Shown: positions 29,786 to 39,323 of the stretch, one piece after another
How positions within the stretch are numbered: the stretch's first letter is position 1
Layout of the letters: each line of letters opens with the position of its first letter
IMG/VR virus record: IMGVR_UViG_3300013105_000002
Span: 64,001-128,000 of that record
Strand: one strand, 5' to 3'
From: a virus
Lineage: Duplodnaviria > Heunggongvirae > Uroviricota > Caudoviricetes
DNA: 64,000 nucleotides
Made by a program: the position numbers and the translations under genes
Notes under the pieces: model-generated
Databases searched by the model: none
What the model was told of the DNA's origin: nothing
Seen by the model: the letters and a program-made list of their open reading frames with translations, nothing else

Positions 29786-30309
29786 TGCCGGGTAGTGTAA
29801 GAGAGAATGACGAGTTCGTTCGCAACTGGGTTGTGGATAATGATGTAAGAACGGTTCTCGACATGGGGGCCGGTAGGGGTACATATAGCACCTTGCTCCG
29901 TGACCTTATTCAAACCATCGATGGTGTAGAGGCATGGACTCCTTACATCGATCAGTTCGATCTAGAGAGTAAGTATGATTTCATTTACAACGAAGACATT
30001 CGTGGGTTCGAACCAGAGATTGATGACTATGACCTTGTGATCTTCGGGGACGTTCTAGAGCACATGAGTGAGTTCGACTCAAAGGCTGTGTGGAATGCCG
30101 CCAAGGACTACGCAAAGACTGGTCTAATTTCGGTACCCATCATTCACTATCCACAGGGTGCAGAGTTCAACAACCCATTTGAGGTGCACGTTCAGGAGCA
30201 CCTGACCCCAGCAGATATCAGAAGTATATACGGCCCGTTTGACGACGAGGAAGTTTACCAGATTACTGGAACATTTATTAGGAGATTCGATGCCAGTACA
30301 AAGATTTAG
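29785..30309 (+). CDS. Class I SAM-dependent methyltransferase
   Basis: VLDMGAGRG, GVE and GDVLEHM motifs. Confidence 0.85.
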   Translation: MPGSVRENDEFVRNWVVDNDVRTVLDMGAGRGTYSTLLRDLIQTIDGVEAWTPYIDQFDLESKYDFIYNEDIRGFEPEIDDYDLVIFGDVLEHMSEFDSKAVWNAAKDYAKTGLISVPIIHYPQGAEFNNPFEVHVQEHLTPADIRSIYGPFDDEEVYQITGTFIRRFDASTKI

Positions 30310-30586
30310 AACAAAGATTGTTGAGATTGAAGCCGTGCAATTTACCGGCGACAATCACGATGAGTTGAAGGGATGGACTGAGGGTCAGTGGGATGACACA
30401 GAGCCTTGGAACATGTTTGGCGATGAGGATTTCGAATATGCCGGTCAGGTTTATGACGAACTTCATGACACGTGGATTAACGTAAAGCCCGGTCAGTGGA
30501 TTGTGCGCGGTGCCAAGGGAGAATTCTACCCAGTGGACCCGGAAACATTTGATTGGAAATACGAGGAAATTGATACACACGATTGA
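30290..30586 (+). CDS. Conserved phage hypothetical protein
   Basis: IEAVQFTG...GQWIVRG.KGEFYPVDP..F..KYE pattern. Confidence 0.7.
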   Translation: MPVQRFRTKIVEIEAVQFTGDNHDELKGWTEGQWDDTEPWNMFGDEDFEYAGQVYDELHDTWINVKPGQWIVRGAKGEFYPVDPETFDWKYEEIDTHD

Positions 30587-30959
30587 GTCGCTTCATAAAA
30601 CTGGGAAGGTTACAAGGGAAGGGGATTGCATCATTTGGAATGGTGCCAAGGCTGGGAAAGGCTACCCCTTGGTCGCTGACGACCGAGAAAGATACGTGCA
30701 TAGGCTTGTGAAACTTTTAGAGGGTAGTCCCGTTGGAAAGGGCTTTCAAGCCGCTCATAATTGTGGAAATAAATCATGTATCAATCCAGATCACATTCGC
30801 CAAGCGACTCAATCTGAAAACGAAAAAGACAAAATTATACACGGTACATACAACCATGGCAAGCCCGGTGTAACTCACTGTGGCAAGTGGATTGAAGTCC
30901 GTGTTAAGCAGTGCAGAATGGCCGCAGGGCACGAAGGAATTTGCAAGGAGACAGTATGA
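30570..30959 (+). CDS. HNH endonuclease
   Basis: CIIWNG...GY...VHRL...AAHNCGNKSCINPDH..ATQSEN..D; AT-richer than neighbours. Confidence 0.85.
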   Translation: MIHTIESLHKTGKVTREGDCIIWNGAKAGKGYPLVADDRERYVHRLVKLLEGSPVGKGFQAAHNCGNKSCINPDHIRQATQSENEKDKIIHGTYNHGKPGVTHCGKWIEVRVKQCRMAAGHEGICKETV

Positions 30960-31579
30960 TAATTGGCCTTTCAGGGTACGCTAGGTCTGGAAAGGACGAG
31001 GCCGCAAGGGTTCTCGTAGAGAAGTTTGGTTTTGAGCGCATCGCATTTGCAGACAAGTTGCGAGACTTCCTCTACGCCCTGAACCCAATGATCTTCGTGA
31101 CATACAGAGAGTATGACAGAAAGAAGTTTTTGGACCCAACTGAGTATGAGTCGGACAGGCTGCAAAGCGTTATCGATGAGTACACGTGGGATGGATATAA
31201 GGAGACTATTTATGGCACGGAAATTCGTGGACTTCTTCAGAGGCTCGGAACCGAGGCAGGAAGAGGCGTTCTTGGTGACAATGTATGGATCGACGCCGCA
31301 CTTGGTAGTATCAAGCCGGATGGCCGATACGTTGTTACAGACGTTCGATTCCCCAACGAAGCAGACGCCGTTCGAAGCCTCAATGGTGAAATTTGGCGGG
31401 TATCCCGTAGTGGTGTCGGACCTGCTAACAACCACGCCAGCGAAACGTCACTGGATGACTACGATTTTGATGCGCGCATCAACAATGATGGAACGCTTGA
31501 AGAATATCATGCCGTAGTCAGTAAGTCTTACGTAGAAGGGCCTTTCAAGGAGGCCCTCAACACACCGATAGGAGTCTAG
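30956..31579 (+). CDS. Deoxynucleoside monophosphate kinase
   Basis: GLSGYARSGKD, LQRLGTE.GR and TDVRFPNE motifs. Confidence 0.9.
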   Translation: MIIGLSGYARSGKDEAARVLVEKFGFERIAFADKLRDFLYALNPMIFVTYREYDRKKFLDPTEYESDRLQSVIDEYTWDGYKETIYGTEIRGLLQRLGTEAGRGVLGDNVWIDAALGSIKPDGRYVVTDVRFPNEADAVRSLNGEIWRVSRSGVGPANNHASETSLDDYDFDARINNDGTLEEYHAVVSKSYVEGPFKEALNTPIGV

Positions 31580-31580
31580 A

Positions 31581-32123
31581 TTGAAGAACGCACACGAGTT
31601 TGAGGGTCTATACGACGACCTTTTTGACTTCACCAAGGCCGGGTATGCGATGATTAATCTTTCATCGCCATATCATACCGAGCCAACGGGTATTGTTAAG
31701 GAATTGCAGTACGTTTCCACCGATCCCGACAAGTATTGGATGAAGGGTCTGGCGACAAAGTGGCACGTAACAGCACGTGGACCACTTGATCCAAAGGTTC
31801 GTATCAAGCATTGTGCTCAGGTTATTGGAGCAACGTCTGTTCCTGACAGATTCCTTCTTGGCGACTATGAGGTTTTCCCATCGCCTTATGAGGATGAGAA
31901 GTACGAATGCATTGTTCTTCGTATTGACGATCAAGAACTTTACGATATCAACACGCAGTTGGCTGTGCTGCCCGGTGTGCAGACATACCTTCCATACAAG
32001 CCTCACATGACCCTTGGCTATTTTAAGTCTGGCTACACAAGCGAACTAATTGATGCTCTGGATGACTGCGTGCTGGACAGCGTTGAGTTCAAGGGTTGGG
32101 ACTTTGGAAGGATGCAGCCGTGA
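31581..32123 (+). CDS. 2H phosphoesterase (Acb1 / T4 57B-like)
   Basis: Two HxT motifs (HVTA and YKPHMTLGY) in 180 aa. Confidence 0.7.
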   Translation: MKNAHEFEGLYDDLFDFTKAGYAMINLSSPYHTEPTGIVKELQYVSTDPDKYWMKGLATKWHVTARGPLDPKVRIKHCAQVIGATSVPDRFLLGDYEVFPSPYEDEKYECIVLRIDDQELYDINTQLAVLPGVQTYLPYKPHMTLGYFKSGYTSELIDALDDCVLDSVEFKGWDFGRMQP

Positions 32124-32272
32124 ATATTCTAACGGGTAAATTTGAGTTTGTCGAGGACCACCACAAGGGGTGGTTCAGGGTTTTCAAGTTCAGCACCATG
32201 ATCGAGATTTGGTTCGGCAACCGCTGGATCGAAATTGAGTGGAAGAGAGACAAGAATGCGCGTAGGATTTGA
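32120..32272 (+). CDS. Small hypothetical protein (absent from ORF track)
   Basis: 50-aa ORF with GTGA overlap that fills the gap between genes. Confidence 0.5.
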   Translation: MNILTGKFEFVEDHHKGWFRVFKFSTMIEIWFGNRWIEIEWKRDKNARRI

Positions 32273-32852
32273 CTTGGATGGAGTTTTGTTCAACTTTGGA
32301 CAAAGCGTCAAGGAGTATTTGGAAGCGATCGGCAAGGACGATCTTTGGAAGTCTGGGCCTAATCCCAAGCCGTTTTGGGATTTCTACAAGGACTGGAAGT
32401 GGACCACTCCACAGTTTCTACAGTTCTGTCATGATGGCGTGGATGCCGGATACATTTTCCGTGGCAATGTCCGTGACAATGCTGTAGCGGCGGTGCAGGC
32501 CGTAAAGGATGCCGGTCACGAGATTATCGTTGTCACTGACAGATTCTTTGGCAGCGATGAGCGAAACAGTCACATTGCAACCATTGAGTGGTGGCAAGAG
32601 TACGGTTTTCCAGAGGTTGACGAACTGCACTTCTCTCCCGTAAAGACTGTCGTGCCCACGGATATCTTCGTGGAGGACAAGGTGGAGAATTTCAAGGCAC
32701 TCTGGAAGGCCGGTACGCCGACGTATCTCATCACCCGTCCATGGAACGATGATTTCGACGCAGGAGACTACCGTATCTCAGATGTGGTAGAATATCCTAA
32801 TAAGGTTGATGAGTTGCAGGTCGGTAAGGACTTGCTGGCGCAACTCGCCTGA
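32256..32852 (+). CDS. HAD-family 5'(3')-deoxyribonucleotidase-like protein
   Basis: FDLDGVL, VTDR, K...FVEDK..N and ITRPWN motifs. Confidence 0.8.
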   Translation: MRVGFDLDGVLFNFGQSVKEYLEAIGKDDLWKSGPNPKPFWDFYKDWKWTTPQFLQFCHDGVDAGYIFRGNVRDNAVAAVQAVKDAGHEIIVVTDRFFGSDERNSHIATIEWWQEYGFPEVDELHFSPVKTVVPTDIFVEDKVENFKALWKAGTPTYLITRPWNDDFDAGDYRISDVVEYPNKVDELQVGKDLLAQLA

Positions 32853-32866
32853 CACAGAAAGAGATT

Positions 32867-33037
32867 ATGCCGAACTATAGTTACACGTGCCTTGCATGCG
32901 ACAAGGACGAGGATAGAATTGTCAAGATCGATGATCGTGACACTCAGCGATGCAATCATTGCGGAAACAAGTTGAATCGTCAGTGGCGCTTTGAGGGGTC
33001 TGTATGGGCACCCACAGCCAATGGTGGTCACAAGTGA
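32867..33037 (+). CDS. FmdB-like zinc-ribbon protein (absent from ORF track)
   Basis: MPNYSYTCLACD...CNHCG, 56 aa. Confidence 0.75.
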   Translation: MPNYSYTCLACDKDEDRIVKIDDRDTQRCNHCGNKLNRQWRFEGSVWAPTANGGHK

Positions 33038-33576
33038 GGTTGCGCACCGCACTCAGAACCCCGTCCTTCGTGGATGGGGTTTCTGAGTATTCGCAGGTTG
33101 TTGGCGGCAGCGGTAACACCTTTGACTTCATGTGCAAATGTGGAAATGGATTCTCCTTGTCCAAGGAGTATGACATTTATGAGCCAGAACAACTACGGTG
33201 CTCTGCGTGCAAGCGCAGCGTTCAGCCACTCGTGGGCGAGCGTGCTGTCTACAAGAGGGTCAAGTCTGACGCCAACAGAGCGGGCAGAGAATTCGATCTA
33301 CCCATGGACTGGTTCAAGCATGCCATCCATGCTCCCTGTCATTACTGCGGGCGATCTGATCGCAACTCGATCAGCGTTCCTTCCAAGCGCCCCGGAGAAT
33401 GGCTAGTCAGGGATTTCAAGTATAACGGTCTTGATCGACTGAACAATGACATTGGATACGTAATTCAGAATTGCGTACCGTGCTGTTACATCTGCAATAG
33501 GGCTAAAAACAGCATGGTCTACCAAGACTTCATTGAATACATTAACGATATGGTACAATATAGGAGTAACCTCTGA
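33034..33576 (+). CDS. HNH endonuclease
   Basis: CHYCG...NGLDRLNN..GY...NCVPCC..CN.AK motif; start uncertain. Confidence 0.8.
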   Translation: MRLRTALRTPSFVDGVSEYSQVVGGSGNTFDFMCKCGNGFSLSKEYDIYEPEQLRCSACKRSVQPLVGERAVYKRVKSDANRAGREFDLPMDWFKHAIHAPCHYCGRSDRNSISVPSKRPGEWLVRDFKYNGLDRLNNDIGYVIQNCVPCCYICNRAKNSMVYQDFIEYINDMVQYRSNL

Positions 33577-33838
33577 AGGAAAGGTAACTGCTGTGTCGTA
33601 CACAGAAAATGCTACAATTTCACACACGCTAACCTTCAGAAACGAGACTGTAAAGTCTGGTGCATTTCTGAAGGTTAGTGGCATATATGGGCTGGTGCAA
33701 TTTGAGTGCATCGTCCACAACCTCGACAATAATAAGGACTATCTGCTGGTCCACGTGCGGGGAGAGAAGAGAATGATTCCAATTGGAAGATTGCTTAGCG
33801 TCGTCCAGTTGAAGAGAAGCAGAAGGAAGACAAAATGA
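33533..33838 (+). CDS. Hypothetical protein
   Basis: 101-aa ORF filling the gap; start uncertain. Confidence 0.55.
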   Translation: MNTLTIWYNIGVTSEGKVTAVSYTENATISHTLTFRNETVKSGAFLKVSGIYGLVQFECIVHNLDNNKDYLLVHVRGEKRMIPIGRLLSVVQLKRSRRKTK

Positions 33839-34383
33839 CTGAACTACAAACTGCGGAATATTACGACGAAATGAATAAAGTCGTTGAGAAACTGCTTACG
33901 GGTACGAAGCATCCAGCGACCATTGCCAAGGAACTCGGTATGCAGCGCAAGGACGTGGTGCACTACATCAATGAATGGAAGCAGATCGCACAGAATCGAC
34001 CTGACATTCAAGAGCGTGCCATGGAAGCGCTGTCGTCAATGGATCGCCACTATGACATGATCATCAAGGAAATGTGGCTGATCGTTGATACAGAAGTCGA
34101 AAACAAGACTCGTGCAACCGTGCTGAAGAATATTGCTGATATTGAGGCAAAGCGCCAAGAGACACTGCAAAAAGCCGGTATGTATGACGACTCTGGTATT
34201 GCTGACCAGTTGGCAGAAATGGAAGAACACGCCGAGGCAATTAGAAAGTTGCTCACGGAAGTTGCTACAAAGTACCCAGAGACAAAACTCTTCATCATGG
34301 AGGGTATTTCACGCATCTTCGGACAGGCACCAGCCGTGCCAGATGATGATGGGGTAATCAAGGGGGAAATCAGTGGCTCTTAA
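33835..34383 (+). CDS. Putative terminase small subunit / HTH protein
   Basis: N-terminal HTH (PATIAKELGMQRKDV); overlaps the terminase large subunit. Confidence 0.55.
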   Translation: MTELQTAEYYDEMNKVVEKLLTGTKHPATIAKELGMQRKDVVHYINEWKQIAQNRPDIQERAMEALSSMDRHYDMIIKEMWLIVDTEVENKTRATVLKNIADIEAKRQETLQKAGMYDDSGIADQLAEMEEHAEAIRKLLTEVATKYPETKLFIMEGISRIFGQAPAVPDDDGVIKGEISGS

Positions 34384-36259
34384 TTTTACTGATCTAATGA
34401 ACGCGGTGGGAGGTGACGACTTCGAAGAACGCCCGGTGGACATTAGACGATTTGTGACAGATGAGAAGTACCTAGACATGGGTGATACGCCTTTGTCCGA
34501 ATACCAATACCAGTTGATTGAGGCATCCAGCCAAATCTACTTCAACCACACGCTGATCAGTCTGTATGGAGAGGTAGAGGGAACGAGGCGCTGGAAAAAC
34601 ACAGTTCGTGAAGTCATCGCACAGTTGGGAAAGGGCTCTGGTAAGGACTTTCTTTCCACCATCGCTTGTGCATACATCGTGTACCTCTTGCTGTGTCTTC
34701 GTGACCCGGCAAAGTATTATGACAAGCCTCGCAATGACTCTATCGACATTCTGAACATCGCTATCAACGCTGATCAGGCGCGGCGTGTGTTCTTTGAAAA
34801 CTTCAAGAAGCGAATCAAGGACAGCCCGTGGTTTCTCAACAAGTACACCGAGCGTCAGGGTCACATGGAGTTCATCAAGAATATCAACGTTTACTCTGGT
34901 CACTCAGAGCGTGAGGGCTTTGAGGGTTATAACGTGCTGTATGTCGTGCTTGACGAGATTTCAGGTTTTGCTCTCGACTCCAACACTGGTAACGAGCACG
35001 GCAAGACCGCTCAGGGAATTTACGACATGTACCGAGCATCGGTAACAAGTCGATTCCCCGATGTGGGCAAGTTGGTTCTACTGTCGTTTCCCCGATTCAA
35101 GGGAGACTTCATCCAGAAGCGCTACAATGAAGCGCTGTATGGAAAGGACGATGCTGCAATCAAGGTTGAGGGAGAGGTTCACGTTCTTCCACGAGAGCAC
35201 ACTTTCCAGATCAACCCTGACCTACCGCCCGGTACGCAGGGCAATGAGTTCACCATCACGTGGGACGAGGACCACATCGTACGCTACGCAGAGCCCCGTG
35301 TATTTGCTCTGAAGCGTCCATCGTGGGAGGTAAACCCAACCAAGCGCATCGAGAATTACATGGAGGATTTCTTGTCCAACAAGGTCGATGCTCTTTCTCG
35401 TTATGCATGTATGCCTCCTGAGGCTATCGATGCATTCTTCAAGGACCGCGAGAAGATGGAGCAGGCTTTCCGTGGTCAGAACGGTATCGATGACGAGAAC
35501 AGGTTCAACGAATGGTTCAAGCCAGAGGATGGCAAGAAGTATTACATTCACGTTGACCTTGCACAGAAGCAGGACCGCTGTGTCGTCACCATGTCTCACG
35601 TGGAGAAGTGGATGACCAGAAATATCGGCGGTAACATGACAGAGCCAGCCCCGGTAATCAAGGTTGATGTGGTACGTTGGTGGACACCTACCAGCGAATA
35701 CACCGTTGACTTCACTGAGGTTCGTGAATTCATCCTGTCGCTACAGAGACGAGGATTTGACATTGGTCTGGTGACATTTGACCGTTGGCAGTCTCACGAT
35801 ATCATGAACGAACTTCGACGTTACGGATTGCAGTCAGAGATTCTTTCCGTAGCCAAGAAGCACTACACAGACATGGCGATGGTGGTACACGAGGAACGTC
35901 TCTCAGCACCCAAGAACGACCTGTTTGTAGATGAGTTGATGGCCCTGAGAATTACGAAGGCCGACAAGATTGACCACAGCCGTTCAGGAACGAAGGACTT
36001 TTCTGACTCCATCTGTGGATCGATCTTCAACTCCATCGCTCATACCCCAAGAGAAGCATACGGTGATGTGGAGGTATACACCCTGACCGACATGATCGCA
36101 AAGGAACGTGAGCAGGATGAACTGAGAAAGAAGGAGGCCGGTATCTATGAAACACCAGATGCTCAGGCTAATATTGCACCTATCCGAGCACCACAAGATA
36201 CTAAGATGCCAGACATTCTGTCTTCGTTCATCGACGGTATGAAGGTGATCGGGGGTTGA
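34373..36259 (+). CDS. terL: Terminase large subunit
   Basis: GKGSGKD Walker A, VVLDEI Walker B, HVDLA, VTFDRWQS and KIDH...TKDFSDS nuclease motifs. Confidence 0.9.
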   Translation: MALNFTDLMNAVGGDDFEERPVDIRRFVTDEKYLDMGDTPLSEYQYQLIEASSQIYFNHTLISLYGEVEGTRRWKNTVREVIAQLGKGSGKDFLSTIACAYIVYLLLCLRDPAKYYDKPRNDSIDILNIAINADQARRVFFENFKKRIKDSPWFLNKYTERQGHMEFIKNINVYSGHSEREGFEGYNVLYVVLDEISGFALDSNTGNEHGKTAQGIYDMYRASVTSRFPDVGKLVLLSFPRFKGDFIQKRYNEALYGKDDAAIKVEGEVHVLPREHTFQINPDLPPGTQGNEFTITWDEDHIVRYAEPRVFALKRPSWEVNPTKRIENYMEDFLSNKVDALSRYACMPPEAIDAFFKDREKMEQAFRGQNGIDDENRFNEWFKPEDGKKYYIHVDLAQKQDRCVVTMSHVEKWMTRNIGGNMTEPAPVIKVDVVRWWTPTSEYTVDFTEVREFILSLQRRGFDIGLVTFDRWQSHDIMNELRRYGLQSEILSVAKKHYTDMAMVVHEERLSAPKNDLFVDELMALRITKADKIDHSRSGTKDFSDSICGSIFNSIAHTPREAYGDVEVYTLTDMIAKEREQDELRKKEAGIYETPDAQANIAPIRAPQDTKMPDILSSFIDGMKVIGG

Positions 36260-36285
36260 CTGGATTTGGAAGCGTGTGCTAGAAT
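36256..36285 (+). promoter_or_regulatory. Sigma70-type promoter
   Basis: TTGACT-N18-TAGAAT preceded by TG. Confidence 0.6.
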
Positions 36286-36547
36286 GAGTCTAAATTATCA
36301 ATTAATAAGAGTACAAGATACTGAAGAGGAATGTAGATGTTCTGTAAAACATATACCAAAACCTCTAATGTTGGCAAGACTAGAAGAAGTCGCAGGGGTC
36401 CATCTTTGTCCTTCAGGTCTCTTCAACTTGCAAGACTTGCTCCATGAGTATGCCTTGACAGGGGGCCTGCCTGCTGGTAGTATCACCAAGCACTATGGCA
36501 AGTTTCTGCGTGATCTTGCCGCAGAAATCTATGCATCTAGGAAGTGA
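36266..36547 (+). CDS. Hypothetical protein
   Basis: 93-aa ORF with an AT-rich 5' half; true start probably the ATG at 36287. Confidence 0.55.
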   Translation: MEACARMSLNYQLIRVQDTEEECRCSVKHIPKPLMLARLEEVAGVHLCPSGLFNLQDLLHEYALTGGLPAGSITKHYGKFLRDLAAEIYASRK

Positions 36548-37092
36548 TTTGTATGACACTAATCGAAGTTGGTGACCGAATACGATTTGACAGACAGTTG
36601 GCCATCGCTGCGCTGATCGAGCGTGACGGTAACAAGTGTCAGTACCCCGGTTGTCGCCTGCCATTTGATGAAAACCCTGACTCTCGCTACGGCCTGAGTC
36701 TTGACCACATCTACCCGCAGGTTAAGGCGAATGCAGATGGCTGGACCTACGAGGAAATCTGGGCACTGGACAACTTGCAGTTGATGCACCGTGTGTGCAA
36801 TGCTCGCAAGTCTGATCTGACATATGACGAGAATGGCGAACTGCCAAAGCGTGGTAGGGTCAGAAGCGCAAAGTTGCCAAGACCTGAATGGTGTGAAATG
36901 TGTGACAGCGGTAGGCTTTTGTACCCCGGCGAATTCTGTCCGGAGTGTGAGTCTGGCCCACAGCCAGCCGCATGGCCTGCCGTTCTACAGAAGGCTCCGA
37001 AGGAATGTGACCACAGCACGTACCACTGCTGGATGTGTGTTATCGGCCATGTTCCAAGGATATCTGCCATAGAGCGCATAGCGTTCGGATAG
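36544..37092 (+). CDS. HNH endonuclease with C-terminal zinc fingers
   Basis: CQYPGC...SLDHIYP...NLQLMHRVCNARK motif. Confidence 0.85.
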   Translation: MICMTLIEVGDRIRFDRQLAIAALIERDGNKCQYPGCRLPFDENPDSRYGLSLDHIYPQVKANADGWTYEEIWALDNLQLMHRVCNARKSDLTYDENGELPKRGRVRSAKLPRPEWCEMCDSGRLLYPGEFCPECESGPQPAAWPAVLQKAPKECDHSTYHCWMCVIGHVPRISAIERIAFG

Positions 37093-37098
37093 GAAAAG

Positions 37099-37371
37099 AT
37101 GAATCTAGAAGACGAGCCGGATTATGTTGAGGCGTTGGCTGACGTTGACCACAAGGTGATTGACGGGAAACTGTTTATCGCAGCCAACGACCTTGACATT
37201 CTCACCAACACCATCATTGCAGCAATGATGCAGTATAAGCACTGCCCGCATTCGTTTGCGGTTGCTGACGTGATCCTCTCCAACTACAGCGCATTCACAG
37301 ATACATTGAATGCTCTGAACGCATCTGAAATGGTTCCAGATACCGTTCCCGATGATATAATGGGAGAATGA
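37099..37371 (+). CDS. Hypothetical protein
   Basis: 90-aa ORF. Confidence 0.6.
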   Translation: MNLEDEPDYVEALADVDHKVIDGKLFIAANDLDILTNTIIAAMMQYKHCPHSFAVADVILSNYSAFTDTLNALNASEMVPDTVPDDIMGE

Positions 37372-37988
37372 ACTTCTGGAAGGGTGCATTTGCACCAATG
37401 CAAAAGCACGTCGTTTCGGTACGCCTAGTCCTCCTGAGCAACATGACTCAGGAGGATTGGGACGTATTGGACTTTGACGAATTGAGGCCATCTGCCAAAG
37501 AGGCGTTGGCCGAGGCGATTCTCGATGGAGTGGTCGCCGGATTCTGGCGCGTGGACGTTGATATGCATAAGTCATCCAGACCACACGGAGGAAAGGCACG
37601 TTACTTTTATCCGGCCCCAAAGAGCGCGGTGGAAAGTGGGCAAACACCAGACCCACAAGAGTTCCAAACCTATCAAAACTTCGACGGTAACGTAGATCAA
37701 GACCTACTTGACACACCAGCCGCAGATAGGCTAGCGTACCTCTTGTTCATGCTGAAGGCTCTGTCTCCTGACGAGCAGGTTCGGATGATGGACATGATCA
37801 ACAAGGAACTGCCAGACTACGAAGACGTAGACATTGAAAACCTGAAGGCACGAGACGCTGCACTGGCCCTCGCCATCCAACTGTTCCTGATGAACCGTCC
37901 AGCCGCTGCCAAGAGAATCCTGCGTGCTGTTGACATTCAGGACGACGAACTGTATGCTATGGTCAACGACGAAGAACCTACTGACTAG
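37368..37988 (+). CDS. Hypothetical protein
   Basis: 206-aa ORF with ATGA overlap. Confidence 0.65.
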   Translation: MNFWKGAFAPMQKHVVSVRLVLLSNMTQEDWDVLDFDELRPSAKEALAEAILDGVVAGFWRVDVDMHKSSRPHGGKARYFYPAPKSAVESGQTPDPQEFQTYQNFDGNVDQDLLDTPAADRLAYLLFMLKALSPDEQVRMMDMINKELPDYEDVDIENLKARDAALALAIQLFLMNRPAAAKRILRAVDIQDDELYAMVNDEEPTD

Positions 37989-37996
37989 GAGTTCTC

Positions 37997-38155
37997 ATGA
38001 AGAAGTATTGCGACTTCTGTGCCGCCCGCAAGGGCTGGCCCTACAGCATTGAGCGCATCACCGCCAAGTGCGAGGTCTGCAATACTGAAGACCTGTGCAA
38101 CAACGTTGCTAAATGGCTACTGAAGGAGAGAACTCGTGACGTTCAAGGATGGTGA
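37997..38155 (+). CDS. Small Cys-rich protein (absent from ORF track)
   Basis: 52 aa, CDFC...CEVC; AGGAG RBS. Confidence 0.55.
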   Translation: MKKYCDFCAARKGWPYSIERITAKCEVCNTEDLCNNVAKWLLKERTRDVQGW

Positions 38156-38345
38156 CAGGCTCTACATCGTTTCAGAGCGAAACGGTGTACGCAAATTCAT
38201 CAGGCAGCCCTCAGGAAAATGGGTTTGCAGGGGAACAAATCTTTCAGCCACGGATGTAGAGGTTCGTGTGACAATCAAATTCCGTAAATGCTTTCTGGCT
38301 CGCGCCGGTAGCGACGTGATAGAAGGGCATCTAGACAATGAGTGA
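38136..38345 (+). CDS. Hypothetical protein
   Basis: 69-aa ORF. Confidence 0.55.
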   Translation: MTFKDGDRLYIVSERNGVRKFIRQPSGKWVCRGTNLSATDVEVRVTIKFRKCFLARAGSDVIEGHLDNE

Positions 38346-39030
38346 CGAGTACCACAAGATCAATGCGCCATACAAGCGCGACAAGAAGGGCGTAATGCTC
38401 CAAGGTGATTGGTGCATGCCCGAACTGGAATATCTCGCAGAGAATGAGTGGGAGTTCACCGAGAAGGTGGACGGTACCAACATTCGTCTGACGTTCAACC
38501 GCTATGGTGGTTTCAACATTGCTGGACGCACTGACAATGCTCAGACTCCCAAGCCACTGCTGCACCACCTTGAAGACCTGTGTTCCTCACTGAGCGACAA
38601 CGTGGTTGCCGTCATGGAGCAGCACGACATTGGTGAACTTACCGTGTATGGTGAGGGCTATGGTCCAAAGATCAATGGCGGTGGAAAGTACGGTGATGCT
38701 CCACGATTCGTGGCTTTCGACGTACGCGTTGGAGACTTCTGGCTTATGCGCAAGGACGTGGATGACTTTGGTGACAAGACTGGCTTCGACACTGTGCCGG
38801 TGGTCTTCACTGGTAACCTGTGGAGCGGTTTTGGCATGGTTGCAAATGGCTTTTCCCGTGACCTTGCTGGCAACTTCATCGACATGCGATCCAAGGGGCA
38901 CGCCGGTATGAGGTCAGCGTGGGGGGACTTTGAGGCTGAGGGACTTATCGCTGTTCCCAAGGTTCCCCTGTTCACTCGATCTGGTAAGCGCGTCATTACC
39001 AAGATCAAGCACGTGGACTTCCGCCGATGA
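38338..39030 (+). CDS. ATP-dependent RNA ligase (Rnl2-like)
   Basis: TEKVDGTNIR (motif I), YGEGYG (III), FDV (IIIa), EGLI (IV), KIK (V). Confidence 0.85.
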   Translation: MSDEYHKINAPYKRDKKGVMLQGDWCMPELEYLAENEWEFTEKVDGTNIRLTFNRYGGFNIAGRTDNAQTPKPLLHHLEDLCSSLSDNVVAVMEQHDIGELTVYGEGYGPKINGGGKYGDAPRFVAFDVRVGDFWLMRKDVDDFGDKTGFDTVPVVFTGNLWSGFGMVANGFSRDLAGNFIDMRSKGHAGMRSAWGDFEAEGLIAVPKVPLFTRSGKRVITKIKHVDFRR

Positions 39031-39323
39031 TCTGGCTATTCGTGGGGCTGGCGTTGTACTGGTTTGCAGGATACATTGCTGTCAGGATCAACGCGTACGA
39101 GCACATTCACTACTACAACTTCAAGTTGACACTCGGCTTCTGGGTTGCTAGAGTGATCATGATGTTCCTGTTCGGGGTCTTCTACCTCGCAGGAATTTGC
39201 ATCGATGCTGAGTCTGAGAACAGGCGACGTGGATTCTTCATGTCACCTCACAAGCATCCCAACGACCACCTACGAGCCAGAATGGTTCTGGGCAACCTTT
39301 TCAATATCAAGGAGGACAGATGA
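39027..39323 (+). CDS. Membrane protein
   Basis: Two hydrophobic segments. Confidence 0.65.
   Translation: MIWLFVGLALYWFAGYIAVRINAYEHIHYYNFKLTLGFWVARVIMMFLFGVFYLAGICIDAESENRRRGFFMSPHKHPNDHLRARMVLGNLFNIKEDR

Noticed and set aside
16796-36259. Inteins or introns in DnaB, DnaE, RecA or terminase
   Set aside because: Lengths are ordinary, motifs are contiguous and no C...HN-C/S/T splice junction was seen.
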